This document shows, piece by piece, positions 26,967 to 39,716 of a stretch of DNA of 64,000 nucleotides. The notes under the pieces are model-generated. The model did not search any database. It worked only from the letters and a program-made list of their open reading frames with translations, and was not told the origin of the DNA. Numbering within the stretch: the first letter of the stretch is position 1; every line of letters begins with the position of its first letter. The DNA comes from Botryllus schlosseri (taxonomy: Eukaryota). The DNA lies in NCBI GenBank assembly GCA_051294905.1, contig CM119372.1, positions 22,322,001 to 22,386,000 on the forward strand. The letters run 5' to 3'. A program made the position numbers and the translations under genes.

Positions 26967-27022
26967 TTGAATTTAGCGAGCGACCAAGTGATTAGCTAAA
27001 AGAGTATCAGCACGCTTTTATG
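26967..27022 (-). promoter_or_regulatory. eIF5A: Probable eIF5A core promoter and short non-coding exon 1
   Basis: Minus strand shows CATAAAA (27022-27016), pyrimidine tract CTCTTTT (27004-26998), Inr-like TCACTT, then donor AA|GTAAGT at 26967/26966. A matching acceptor (TTTTGTTCTCCACTGAAG|CAATG) lies 2 nt before the ATG. Confidence 0.6.
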
Positions 27023-27714
27023 ACAGTCAATTGCGACCACGATCACGAAAGGAGGGACCTGACAAAAGCGCATACGTCATTGGAATTGGTGTTTGTGAGA
27101 CATATATCGCAACGCAAAAATTATGTAGCACAATGCTGGACAATCAAAATGTGACTGGTTATTCAGTGACTCAAGTTGATTTTATGCGCTAACTTTATTA
27201 TTATTTTTTAATTTTATTGATATATTAGGAAAACAGGAGAAAATGTGCTTAGTCACGCTTCAGTAAGAAACCGCTGGAACCCTGACATGATAATGGAACA
27301 CGTGGTTGGTTAAATAGTCGTCTCATTAGTAATTTGAATCACGCTGGGCGCCAACATTACAATTTGTTCGACTTCATTAGAAAGGAGTACGATAGTTTAC
27401 GGGATCCCTGTAAAATTGAACGATTTGAGTAACCCGAGTAATTCAAATGGAGATGGACAATGGACATGGACAACTAGAATACTAAAAATGTAGATGAACT
27501 TCGATTATACTAACGTCTGATCCCGTGGAGCTAATACCAGAGGTGAATAAAATATAGCCAACAAAGCTACTCAAGTAGAAGTAGCGACGCAAAAATCTAC
27601 TCAAGTACGAGTAGCAACCTAAAACGACTACAAGTATAAGTAGATTGAACCTCCTTTAATTTTACTCAAGTAAGTAAGTAAGTAGTTTGTAAAACTGACA
27701 TAAATAGGCTTTAA

Positions 27715-28381
27715 AGGGGCACTGCGCACTCGAAAAATGATGTGGTCTCAAATTGAAGGGCAAAAACGAAAGAAAAATGTTGGCCACAGCCGTTTTCTTC
27801 AGAACGCCACCGTAATGGAGCTGTAATGTCTTGAAATTTCCACAAATTTGGCTGCGACACTTGGGATGTTGATGACTAAAATATCAGTTCCGACGCATTC
27901 GCATCACATCCACGGTCCAGTCACATTTTCAGTAGATCGTCGTACATCACAATAAACTAAAATAGTAGTGAAAATTTTTCTTTTAGCTTGGCGTGTTTCA
28001 TTGTCACACGATTTCTTGCTTGGTAGCCTAACCTCTACTGAAAATGAAAAAAAACGCCTAATTTACCCGATTGAGTCTAACTCTACTCGCAATTACGGGA
28101 GAAAGTCTTTTCGCGTTTGCGCTCGCATAAAGATAGTCGATGGTGAAATGTAGGCACAAAATGATTGTCGCATATTATCGGAGACCTACGATATTGATGT
28201 GGGACAGACGCCGAATAGTCGTGTCCTTGCAAACTGAGCCTAGCGGGCGGTATACAGTAGACCCGCAATATACTCAAGTAATAATATTATTGACCTATAG
28301 TTTATTTATAAACTTTGAAAATTTTACCCGCTTGCCGCGGCTAGTGGACCGCGCACTCGTTCGTCAATTGCATGTGCCCCT
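27715..28381. mobile_element. Kolobok-like MITE
   Basis: Termini AGGGGCAC...GTGCCCCT flanked by TTAA/TTAG; AGG ends with a TTAA target are characteristic of Kolobok. Confidence 0.6.
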
Positions 28382-28458
28382 TTAGTCAAAGTTGGCCATT
28401 CCTGGTCTATATAGATTACCAATCTACCCATAGGTTACTTATCTATAGTCATCTAGAG

Positions 28459-29627
28459 CAGAGGTCTCAAACTCAAATGTGATCGCGGGCCAATTTCCTA
28501 CTTTTTGATGGCGCCGCGGGCCGCAGCACCAATAATAGGAAAATACAATATATTTGCGAGTATAGGCCTTATTTGACGGGACCTTGCAGACTGACATTCC
28601 ACACGCATTTTGAAAATGTGATTCACTATAGTGAATTCACGCCTGGCACGAAAAAAATAACATTTTGAAATATTATAAATTTTTTTTTGCTGTATATTTA
28701 GTTGTAGATACCATGCGAGAGTACAAATGCATCAGGATATCGTAAAAGCTGTCGCGTTAAAATTTTACAGTTAGCGGAAATTTGACGTGTCACAATTATA
28801 GGTAGAATATTTTAGAATTTTACAACTAGGCCTATTTATCTCATATCAGAGCATTGGAGCAGTACAGCCTAATACGGGTTTCGGGCATACTCCTGAAGGC
28901 TAATGATCATGTGACTACCTAAGTCAAATCAAATCAGCGTTAGATTTACCTTCGAATATTGAACAGATCTATAACCACTTGAATATAATGATTTCTGTGC
29001 CAGAGCAATATAAATGTCCAATCGCCGAAGTATTATTTGATCTTCCACGGCGTGGTAACTTTCGAAAATAGATGTAACAGTAGGCTTACCATACGTCCTC
29101 TTTTAAGAGGATTTGTCCTCTTTTTTGACTTTTTTGAAAGTGTCCTCCGAGGACGCCCTTTTGTCCTCTTTTTTGAGATTTTGTCCTCTTTTTTAGGATT
29201 TAGAGCAGATTTAGAGCAAATTGCGAGTGATATGCCACATATTAGCACAGACGTGAAGCTCCGACGGGTGAAAAACGGTGATTACCTTTTTTTTTTTTTT
29301 TTTTTTTTTAGTTAACCAGTCACAAAGTGGGAAATATTAACCGGTTTTTGAGAATTCTACTCCGATTTTGAAAGTTGGAAATTTATGAAAAAGTGTCCTC
29401 TTTTTAGATTTCCAAAATATGGTAAGCCTATGTAACAGTGAAGTTATATGAGTAGTTCCAGGCTTCTGGGGTAGTTTTGGGGCGACTTTCCAGTTTTCAA
29501 ATTAAAAAAAAGATATTTGGGAGTTAAATATTGTCGAATACTTCGAAATCCAAAATACCGTCGCGGGCCGCGCAAAATGGTCTCGCGGGCCACATGCGGC
29601 CCGCGGGCCGCGTGTTTGAGACCTCTG
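28459..29627. mobile_element. hAT (Charlie/Buster-like) MITE with GCGGGCC subterminal repeats
   Basis: TIR CAGAGGTCTCAAAC; perfect TSD atctagag. Confidence 0.9.
29081..29430. mobile_element. hAT MITE family E, copy 3
   Basis: Perfect TSD tgtaacag; nested in 28459-29627. Confidence 0.9.
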
Positions 29628-30167
29628 ATCTAGAGTCTGTCAGCCGTCAGTAACATCCGATGTAGCAACGAAGACATATAGGTGCCGCCGTGCCGGCTTG
29701 TGACGTCATAAGGATTACTTGTGAATTGTCGATAACATCATACTTGCACTAGAACGCACTTTACTCTGTGCCAGTGCTGTTCAACCTGTGTGACGGTTCG
29801 CACTAGTGCGAATGAAAAAAAATTCAGTGCGAATGACGAGCGTGGTGCGAATGGTGCGAATGAAAAATCCGGATGAGTGCGAATGACAATTGTCCATGTT
29901 TCTCACGTTTTCCGACGTGGAATAATTCAAATAAATACGATATTAAGTACCGTGAGCCCGTAAATTTTGTCGTTTGGAAGCAATTCTAAAAACTTGTTGG
30001 TAGCTAGGCTTTTCTAGTTCACAAGTGAGAACGCTCCCGATGCGTGTATAATGCAAAGTTTGAGATAATATTTCCGCGCGAGAGGATTACGTCACTGCAT
30101 GGAAAAAAGAAGGAATTGAATCGGTATCAGTTGCTCATTTGCTCGGAAACATCCACCGTGTGTGGAT

Positions 30168-31319
30168 CAGTGGTCGGGAACCTTTTTCGTCCGAAGAGCC
30201 ATATTGGCCCTATTTTTTCCATCTTAACTCCCAAAGAGCCATACATTCCAATCAACTGTTACGTCACGATTGGAATTCGTGACGTCATGGTAGCACGAAT
30301 TCTAACTCACTACATGGGATTCCTCGTGTGCGCCACATTTTCTCTATAAAAACTGGTATTTATTGTTCGAAAATAAAGCTCGAAACGAGAGGTAAGACGC
30401 AGACGCGCCAAGCCTCACCAATGATAACGTATGTAGCTTAGAATTTATTTTAACTGTGACTGTCACACTGATTCCGAAAATCTAAATACTGACATAACGT
30501 TGCGCTACACGCATATATTTTGGCGCCGTTACTACATATAACGTAGCGAACGTGGAACGTGGATATAGCTATGGCGTTGTTTGTAATTCGAGTTTGTAAT
30601 CGTTATAATGTCACATTCATAACAGTTCATTTCGCGCCGTAGAACACGAAGACAATGTGAATTTGAGAACTGCGTTATGAAATGAGCGTCGCAAAGCCTG
30701 CTATGTTCTTTGATTCAACATATCGCACAATTCAAGATTTCGATTCGGATACATCGCCAGGAGCTTTGAATCACCAATCATTTCAATGGCATGGGTTCGA
30801 ATCCCATTGCTGCCATCACGCCAGGATACAGAGCCTGTACTCCCTGTTGTACCACGAAACGATCTCGAAACACGATAAACGCTTATTACTGAAGAGACAT
30901 CCTAACAGCACGAGTAGTCGTTATATAAGGCAACTAAATAAACAGCGCAATCGGAGAACTAATCAATAGCCTGCCAATTAACAGCAGCCGAGGTTCGGCT
31001 CCAGTATAACACAAACAATACTGATACTGGCGCATCGAATTCGCGAGTGATATTGGCCGGCGGCGTGACTGTAACTTAAATTTGATAATTTTGAAGAGAG
31101 GGGGTCCGAGCCCCTAAACCTGAAGAAGGCATTGTCATTACCTCTCGAAGACATGCTTATACTGCCACGAGAATAACTGTTTTGGCCGTTATGAAAATTT
31201 ACCAACAAGTCGCTGCAATATTAATCAATTCAGAACAAAAATATATATTTGGCAAAGAGCCATATCTTATACCCGAAATAGTCACATATGGCTCGCGAGC
31301 CATAGGTTCCCGACCATTG
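30168..31319. mobile_element. hAT-type MITE (CAGTGGTCGGGAACCT...AGGTTCCCGACCATTG)
   Basis: TIR pair with GAGCCA subterminal repeats; no recognisable TSD. Confidence 0.7.
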
Positions 31320-32358
31320 TTGTATACGGACCTTGTAGGAATGTAGGTAATAGTAGTTGATGCCAATGTTGACATTTGGCATATTTGAATGCCGAATAGT
31401 GGCACACATTCGTGTTGGTTAACAGCAGAATTTAGCGTTTCTTCATAACAACTAGCACATTAGATCTATAACAAGTGATGTTTATTCGTGTACCTAACCA
31501 AGGATTAGAGGATGTTATAAATAAAATTAGTGTAAGCACATTAGTGTCTTACGTCCAATGAATATTTATCTTGCATCACATCGAATTATTAAGTCACTGG
31601 GCAGTTTATCTACTGACCAGTGCAATGGCCTGTTTGTAACGCGAACTCCATAAATTAGGCTTAGACACGTTTTCCTGTTGTCGGACTGATCATCTCAGGC
31701 CAAGTCTAGATCGTAAAGGCCTATATATATAACATATTGGTGATTCCACTAAGCTTGCTTATCCATAGGAAAAGTCTGCCTGGTTCGTGTTCGTACCGCC
31801 TGTGTACTACAAACTTTGTAATACTCAGAACTCTACCGGTTTAGGTTGAGCAGATGAGCAGTGAGCACTGAGCAGTGAGCATGAGCACCCTCTTCAGAGC
31901 AAAATCAAATCCACCAAGCCGTATATCTTACGATATTTCTTATGCAGCCTAATTTAAGCTTAATTAGACTGTTGAACCTTATTAGTCTTTATGTATAAGG
32001 ATATATGGGATAGTAAAGATAATTTGGCATTATTTCAGTCAATTTTCCAATATTGTTCGATTGACCTAAGAGCCATCCCGCAGTTGGCTACCCGGGCCGA
32101 TATAACTGTGTGTTAATCATGAATCTTATGTGAGTACTGTAATAATTATTCAAGAAGGTGAAAGTGTTGGCTTTGACAACACAAGGATGCCGAACGTTGT
32201 TATTGAAAGATATGTTGATTTGTGTACTGCATGGATATGAAGTGAATGAAGCCTAAGCGTATCCATAAATAACAGTCATCAATTACTCGGATTGTGCGGG
32301 TTTGTATAGCAATGCATTCCTGATTTTAACGCCCACCGTACCATCCAATCGTCTAACA

Positions 32359-32920
32359 CAGGGGCGGGCAACTTCTCCAGTCGGCGGGCCGAATATAGGC
32401 AAATTAAATACTTGGCGGGCCGGATTGCTGAATCGATACAATGTTCGCCCATTTATCCTCATATACAAGGAATAAATCGTATTAAATTAATGTATTTTAA
32501 CGACAGCAATGTCACTTCAAAGCCATTTCTCGCCGATAAGTGACTAGGACAATGTGGATTTGAGAACAGCATTGTCATACAGCCGCCGCCATGTCTGCTA
32601 CTCTGTGATCATTTAACACACGGTGCAATCCTTAATCAAGATTTCAAGGCGTTCGTTAAGCCTGGTACCCAAAATTAACCAATGTATTAATTCATTGGGT
32701 TTGAGTACATCGTTAATGCCAATAACGCAAGTGTCGCTTCGACGAACTAACGCGGAAGCTCCACTCTCGTACGCAGCGCACACACGTATATAATAACATC
32801 CAGTTACTCATACTTATTGACGTTAAGCAAGTAGTGGGAAATCTCGGCAGACTTGGGCCGCGAGCCACATTATCATATAAAACAGAAAACCGTCCGCGGG
32901 CCGTATGTTGCCCGCCTCTG
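32359..32920. mobile_element. hAT MITE family A, intact copy
   Basis: CAGGGGCGGGCAAC...GTTGCCCGCCTCTG; perfect TSD gtctaaca. A third, decayed relative starts near 52567. Confidence 0.92.
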
Positions 32921-32929
32921 GTCTAACAT

Positions 32930-33277
32930 TAGGGTTACCATATTTTGGAATCGGGAAAGGACGACACTATTTCAAAATTTTCAAACACAGAATATCGGTG
33001 GAAAATCCTGAAAAAGTGGTGAATTTTTACCACTGCGTAGTCGGTTGACTAAAATAACAAAAAAAAACGGTCAACTTTCGCTCAGCTCCCGAAATACCCG
33101 CCGGAGCTGATTTACGGCATCTCAGTCGAATTTTGCTATAAATTTGACCAAAATTCCTAAAAAGAGGACAAAATCTCAAAAAGGAGGACATTCAGGCGTC
33201 CTCGGAGGACTTTTTAAAAAACCCGAAAAAGGAGGACAAATCTTCCTAAAGGAGGACGTATGGTCATGGTCACCCTA
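32930..33277. mobile_element. hAT MITE family E, copy 4 (diverged)
   Basis: TAGGGTTACCA...TGGTCACCCTA; perfect TSD tctaacat. Confidence 0.88.
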
Positions 33278-33814
33278 TCTAACATACCTTAGTACGCGAA
33301 GCATCTTTTCCAAAGGTGCTAGTCGCAACATTGATGCTACGATTCAAGTGCAGTTTCACTATTTTGTGCGTTCTAAATGCAAACACATTCACATCGCGAT
33401 GACGTAACATGTGGATTTAGTGGCAAAGTGATAATGTTGCGAGTGATTATTGTTCTTGGGTCCGCTCTTTAAGCTTCCAGGGAAATCACTGCACGATATC
33501 CCCGGAAAATGCGACGAATTTCTTGAGAACAACGGGAATGCGATATCTGTGATTTTACTGCTGCAGTGATTTTAGTGCTTGATTAGTCAATAATGCGATA
33601 CGCTGAATGCAAAATAATGAAGATCTGTACCTCCAAGAAGCCCTTCGAATACAAAAGTGATAAGTTTCATCATTTTCTTTTCGTGTACTAAATTTCGGCT
33701 GAATGGTGCGAATGAATTTTTTTTTTTTAAAGTGCGATTGGAGCTCAAAAAGGTTGAAAAGCACTGCTCTACGCCATTGCTGTGCACAGCATTAAAATTC
33801 AAGCCCGCTGTTAA

Positions 33815-35556
33815 CACTAGAACTACCGGAACTTCGAACTACCTAGAACTACCTTGTGGCTTTTTTGACGCATGTTGAATTTTCTTCGATTAAATGCATT
33901 TATCGGAGCTAAAAATCAGCACAAATCTCAACAAACGGTATCAGAAACCATTGTTTATTGCGCTCAGAGCTACTTGCAATATTTTACATACACCTTAGGT
34001 CAACACTTATAATACAAATCGCCGTTTTTTGGTGTAACATATAAGTGTTGCTCTGGTGCGCATTTGGTATTTGAGCACGTTCTTTAAAAATTTAGAGTAG
34101 GTTCCAGATCCGCTTTAGCCACATCATCATTGTTGGTTATTGCTGACATATCATAAAGCTTATCAGATAAGATTTGCATAATTCAATTTTGCAACTAATC
34201 CTCGATTTGCATATTTTTAGAGTATCGGCATTTTGGCAAGTAGACGATCATTCACATTCTAAGAAAACATGCACGGACCTTCGTCGACTTGTTGGTACCC
34301 TCATAGAATACTGCCTTGCAACCTGACCAATAATATCTCCCTGGTTTTGTTTCGTTATAACATTTAACCGTCACTGGTTTCTTGTTTGTGTTGTTTTTGA
34401 AAGAAACAGTTACCTCAGGTTGCAGTGAACTCAATATATATGTGTACAAATTCGATCTCTACACTGGCATCTCGCCGTTACGCTTATCATCAAGATGATA
34501 GCTTTGAAAAGTGTGGCTACATGAAGCTGCCTGTGTTCCTTCTGGTCCTGGGTAGCTTCAAGCAACTTTTGACAATAGTGTCAACTGGGACTTCGTTTGC
34601 TTCTCCAAGCGTATACAGCCATCACATTCACGTAACATTGTTTCGACATGGATTACATCAGACTCTTCACATTACTATGCTTGGCAAATGTATAGATTAT
34701 GGAAGAGGTGTCCTGTCCTATCCTTGCCTAAATATGAGACGCCCTTGTACAATGTACAGATACTTGGTAGCAGCAGCGTCCACCATCTGACATTATACCC
34801 CAATTATTTGCTGGCATTTCGACCATGTAATGAACGAAAACAATATTATCTTTATCGAGTCCACACCGTTTTTTTACTCCTTATGTCAATGGGAAGCTCA
34901 TGACTTCCATAAACCTGTTCTTCGAGAGGGCCTGACTAAACATAATGCACCCATGCCCTCAGTCCTCATATGCATTCAATTCACTAGATTCAGCTCACTC
35001 TCCCCCCGAAGATCCATCTCGTAGACCGGAGCAAAGGCCCTTTGCCCTTGTACAACCCTAGTATATTAGTATGGACAATACAGATGTCGGTTTGGTCTAA
35101 TGGTACATTCAAAATTTCATGTCCTGTAACACGCTGAGCTTCAGAAATATAATATTACAGAGCTTTGGTGACTTCGAACGAGGAAGATCCAGGGCCTTCT
35201 ATTACAAGGGATTTTGTTGCTTACACAGTTAGACCGAGTCGATATTAACAAAGTTCTGTTTTTACAAACGGCTTTTCTGCGTTTATCAGATACATAACCA
35301 CTTTCAAGAATATGAAACTGCGATGCCTGAAGGTAGAAAAAGTGTAATGCGTCAAAAAAGCCACTCGGTAGTTCTAGGTAGTTCTGTGTATAACTTTTTT
35401 ATTTGTACTAGATGAGTGATGAAAATCATGGGTAAGGTGGCCTACATAAAATAAATAAAAGTCAAAGAAGTTTCAGCCGAACAGCGTAAGATTTGACTGA
35501 ATGCCTGCTCTTCAAAAATGAAAATGCGTCAAAAAAGCCACTTGATCGTTCTAGTG
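33815..35556 (-). mobile_element. Decayed piggyBac element with transposase remnants (about 34260-35030)
   Basis: TTAA|CACTAGAAC...GTTCTAGTG|TTAA. Minus-strand fragments FSQALSKNRFMEVM, KGVSYLGKD, ILSSLQ...KKPVTVKCYNETK and QVARQYS follow piggyBac transposase order, with stops and frameshifts. Confidence 0.85.
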
Positions 35557-35973
35557 TTAATAATGATAAATCAGCAGATGTGGTTGTTGCATATATTATA
35601 TAGCATCTTATAAAATACATCGGAGCCGGAGCTACTCCTCAAATAACGGGCTCCAGCTCCGGCTGAATTTTATGTAGAGCTCCGGCTGAATTTTATGTAG
35701 AGCTCCGGCTCCGGGGCTCCGGGCTCCGGCTCCAAAGCCCTGATTCAAAGACGATGCAAAACAAATTTGACTCAAATCCAACTTGTAGATACGGAGTTAT
35801 TTCAGTTTGTCGTTGAAATTCTCGGATTATCCTTGATTGGTGGGTAAGTGCGGTAGGCCTAGACGCGCGTCAACGAAAACCAACTACCATATGATCAGGA
35901 CGAAATAGTATGCCGTACCGCAATTGTGGAATAGCATCTCGCCGGCTATCCGACAGTCTTCAAGCCTGTCCAC

Positions 35974-38460
35974 CAGTGATGAGCATCGGAGCGGAGTCGG
36001 AGTGGATTCGAAGTGGAGTTTTGCCAATTTTGTGACAGTCGGAGCGGAGTCGGAGTTTACTACAGATATTTTTTCGGAGAATTTAAGAGTATTGTAACTT
36101 TTGTCCCCGACATCTTTGGATAGCTCTGACCAGAATACACTATTGATTATGATTACAAACCAAAACACAGACAGTTGACACCTTGTAAAGTTGTAATTAT
36201 GACGGGTAACATGCAAAAATGATTGCCAAGGGCATAAAAATCAGCCATCTGCACTGCAATTGGCAGTGGCGGCTCGTGACAATATCGGGTGGTGGGGCAA
36301 GGGCTGCAAGCGACTTTTTATCATCATGACGTCACAATGGCGTTTTCCAAAGTAAACAAGTAACTTGGTGGTACGGTAACACGAACGACAACAGTGATTT
36401 TAACGTATGTGCCGCGAGAGGTCTGCTGGTGAGCTGTGACTTGAAGTGTGGTAACTGCGTAAACGGCGTGCGGAACAATGATTCGACACGGTTCATGTTC
36501 GCACTACACCTGACTAATTATCTACAGAAATGGAAATGACTATAACTCGAGAGATTGCGTAAGCCTAACTGGAAAGGTCAACGAGTTAGGACACATACGC
36601 AATTGTTATCTCATAGATTGGACATGTCATATTGAATACAAAACATCATTCTGAAGAACTACGGATAGCAGCCTCGGAAATTCGGTCCCAGTACAGCATA
36701 GGAGATTTTGGCCTTGAGGCTGGAGACTGTCACACGGACATACGGCTTACGGGCTATAGTGTCTATATGTCTGCTGCAAAATCGCCTTTGGAAAATATAT
36801 TACCGAATAAATACGTGATTGAAAGCCGGAAACTTGGTACACTGTTACGTGAAATCATCGAGAAGTAGCCTCATGACCGTTTTCGGTATGGTACACTGTC
36901 AAAATTATTACGAACAGATCCACACCGAATTTTGCGTAAAATTTACTGAGGAATAGGCTGATCAAGCGATCAGCTGTTAGCCGCCATCGAAAACGAAACA
37001 GCTATCGCGTATGACAGGGGTTGTAATTGTAAGCAAATGGCCTGAAGGCCACAATTTCACGGCGAAATTGACATTGAAGAATATAAAATAAAACTAAATA
37101 TTTGAATGCAAACCGAGGATGTTAGTAAACTGTTTCATGATATCATCATCTCATCAACTATCTCAGTATGGAACACAGATGCACCGGCTTTTGCGTGAAA
37201 TCCGCAATGCGTTAGGTAGGCTATAGTGTCGGATCAGCGCACATCTCTACCATACTTGACCTTGATAACGAAATTGCTGCCCGAATCATTGAGTACCAAC
37301 CTTGAGACTTGGCACAGCGTTCGATACTAAAATCAAGACATACCATGCAAAAGCTCATGACGGATCTAGCTAAGGAGCATCGTTAAAATCAATGTAGACT
37401 AATACCGGCTTTGCGTAAAATATGTTTGCGATAAATGACGACTCAGCTCTCACTCGACTTAGGAAACGAAATTATAACTAACATAGTCCAGTGACAAACT
37501 TGAAACTTGGTACAGCGTTCGATGCTAACATTAAGACTTACCGTACCAAATGTCATGACCGATCTCGGTATGGAACATCGTCAAAATCAATGGACACCAA
37601 TACCGGCTTTTGAGTAAAATCTGGTTGCGATACATGACGGATCAGCACACACTCAACTTCGGAGACGGAATTACTACCCTAAACTTTGAGTAGAAACCCT
37701 AAAACTTGAGACCGTGATAGATACCACTATCACGGCATGACATACCAAGCTTCAAGAATTATCAGGGAATGAAACACCATCAAAATCGACCTATACCAGC
37801 AAAGATCGATTCAACGCATACGACGGTAACCGAGTTCAGATATAGATACGATTGTTACATCACACCTTAAGGGCAACTAGGCTATGTTGCCCCGGTTGCT
37901 CGGTAATTTTATGAATAGGAGAGAGTAAATCACCGTTTCTTTATTGTGCGCGGCTTTGAGAGAATAGACAGTGAAAGCTTGTTATGAGCGCTACCGGGGC
38001 ATGCCCCGGCTAGGCATTCGCAAAGCGAAAACACTGAAGAGAATTCGATTTTCTGCAGAGACTTCGCTATATATGGGCATTGGGCACTTACAAGCGAAAG
38101 GACAAGAAGGATACGATTTTCGCTGTGATTTTGGTATATATAGATTGCTGTGCGTCTATAAATGGTAAAGAATTGTTATTGAACATAATTTTAGGCGGGG
38201 CAATGCCCCAGTTGCCCTATAGGACGAGCCGCCACTGGCAATTGGGGACTGGAGAGTAAACAATACTATGAGGCCAAACATATTATCACATGTAGGCCTA
38301 CCATGTTGTACCATGTACCATGCTTGCCCCTGGTTCGGATACTTGACGAGATTCATCGGAGTATGGGATTGAGCTCTTCGGAATCGGATAGAGTTTTCCT
38401 CAGACACTAAAGTTGTCGGAGGGATTCGGAGTCTCGAAAAGCACTATCCGCTCATCACTG
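35974..38460. mobile_element. hAT MITE F (CAGTGATGAGC...GCTCATCACTG, TCGGAG repeats)
   Basis: Perfect TSD ctgtccac; hosts element B copy 2. Confidence 0.9.
36264..38237 (-). mobile_element. Non-autonomous hAT element B, copy 2
   Basis: TIR CAGTGGCGGCTCGT; perfect TSD gcaattgg. Confidence 0.93.
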
Positions 38461-38644
38461 CTGTCCACATTCAAGTCGAAATACAAGCAATTTCTTCTAA
38501 ATGAATAGGCCTAAGCCTACTCGTCAGCCTTCAGAATTACCGGACCACGACCTAACATTGATCTCTTCTTTCGCCACAAGCCAACTCATTTTGTCGCTTT
38601 CCTTTTCGTTCGGTGTGCATGCCTCTTCTATCCTTCGCCTAGGC

Positions 38645-38831
38645 CAGTGGTTCTCAAACTGGGGGGCATGAAAGCATGTAAGGGGGGGGACTTCGGACAA
38701 ATGAAATTCATCCACAACTCATAGTTATTGTTCTGATTATAGTCCGAATTTCATATTTGAGAATTGTCTCATCAACAGTCATAACCTACCTACCATGCCG
38801 AGGCGTCTCCGAAAAAGTTTGAGAACCACTG
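38645..38831. mobile_element. Short hAT MITE
   Basis: CAGTGGTTCTCAAACT...AGTTTGAGAACCACTG; TSD gcctaggc/tcctaggc. Confidence 0.85.
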
Positions 38832-39716
38832 TCCTAGGCTAAGGCGGATGTCTGATCTCAAAGACTACTCCAAGTCTCTCAAATACTAAGTCGTTTCGAC
38901 ATTTTCCCATCTTTTCATTGTATCGCAGTTTGTGGTGTTTTGAAACGATGAAAATACTAATAGAACTGATTGATTGCCTCCACTCGACTTCGCCTAGGTC
39001 AAAGGTCAGTGTCTGATCTCAAAGACTACTCCAAGTCATCTCGACACATTCCTATCTTTTTTCATTGTATCGGAGTTTTGAAATGATGAAAATATTGATA
39101 AACTGATACTGATCAAGTGTTTTACCTCTTTATCCGAGTCAGCATTTGACCTATCGCAAAGACACTGGCCAAATTGCTCAATTAAACTCAAAAGTTATCG
39201 CAGGCGAACGCACGATACATTTTTAGTCAACAGCTACCCGATCATTTCCAAATGTAGAGCAAATGTTTCCACGACGTAAAGTGATAACTTATATTCTGTC
39301 TATTTATTCATTTTTGATAGCATTACACAAGCTGTCGAGTGTATCGATAGGTGAGTAGCCGGCGAAATCTTTAAAAGATGCAGAACGCGTGAAAGTGCGG
39401 CGCTCGTGTTCAATAAATATATAGATGTAGAAAATTCCCTGCTCAGTAATTTGAGACAGAACGCTCCTAGATCCTACCAAAGCAGTAGGCCTAAACTCGC
39501 TAATTTTGTTTTATATTTCCACATTGAGTGTATCCAATTACATGAAAAGTGTGGCACGGTCATACAACATGTTCGAACTATCGTAACGAAACCGGTCCCA
39601 CTTCTACACGCAAACGACGGATCCCTACACGACTCGCAGAGACTTAACCAAATACTGATAAGATAATTTACTCGAATACTGCCAACGCACACACACTTCA
39701 TGACGGCTTGCATTAG

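Larger units (their letters stand above)
29772..33766. mobile_element. Old hAT-type element (GTGCGAATG repeats) carrying nested MITEs
   Basis: CAGTGCTGTTCAACC...GGTTGAAAAGCACTG; TSD ctctgtgc/ctctacgc (6/8); short relative at 47848-48092. Confidence 0.7.
35860..39113 (+). mobile_element. Second copy of the LINE 3' end, interrupted by 35974-38460 and 38645-38831, with the 3' tip duplicated at about 38990-39113
   Basis: Shares CACATTCAAGTCGAAATACAAGCAAT, ATTACCGGACCAC and TCTTTTCATTGTATCGCA with 12540-12650 and 17468-17700; ends in a TGAT-type tail. Confidence 0.75.
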
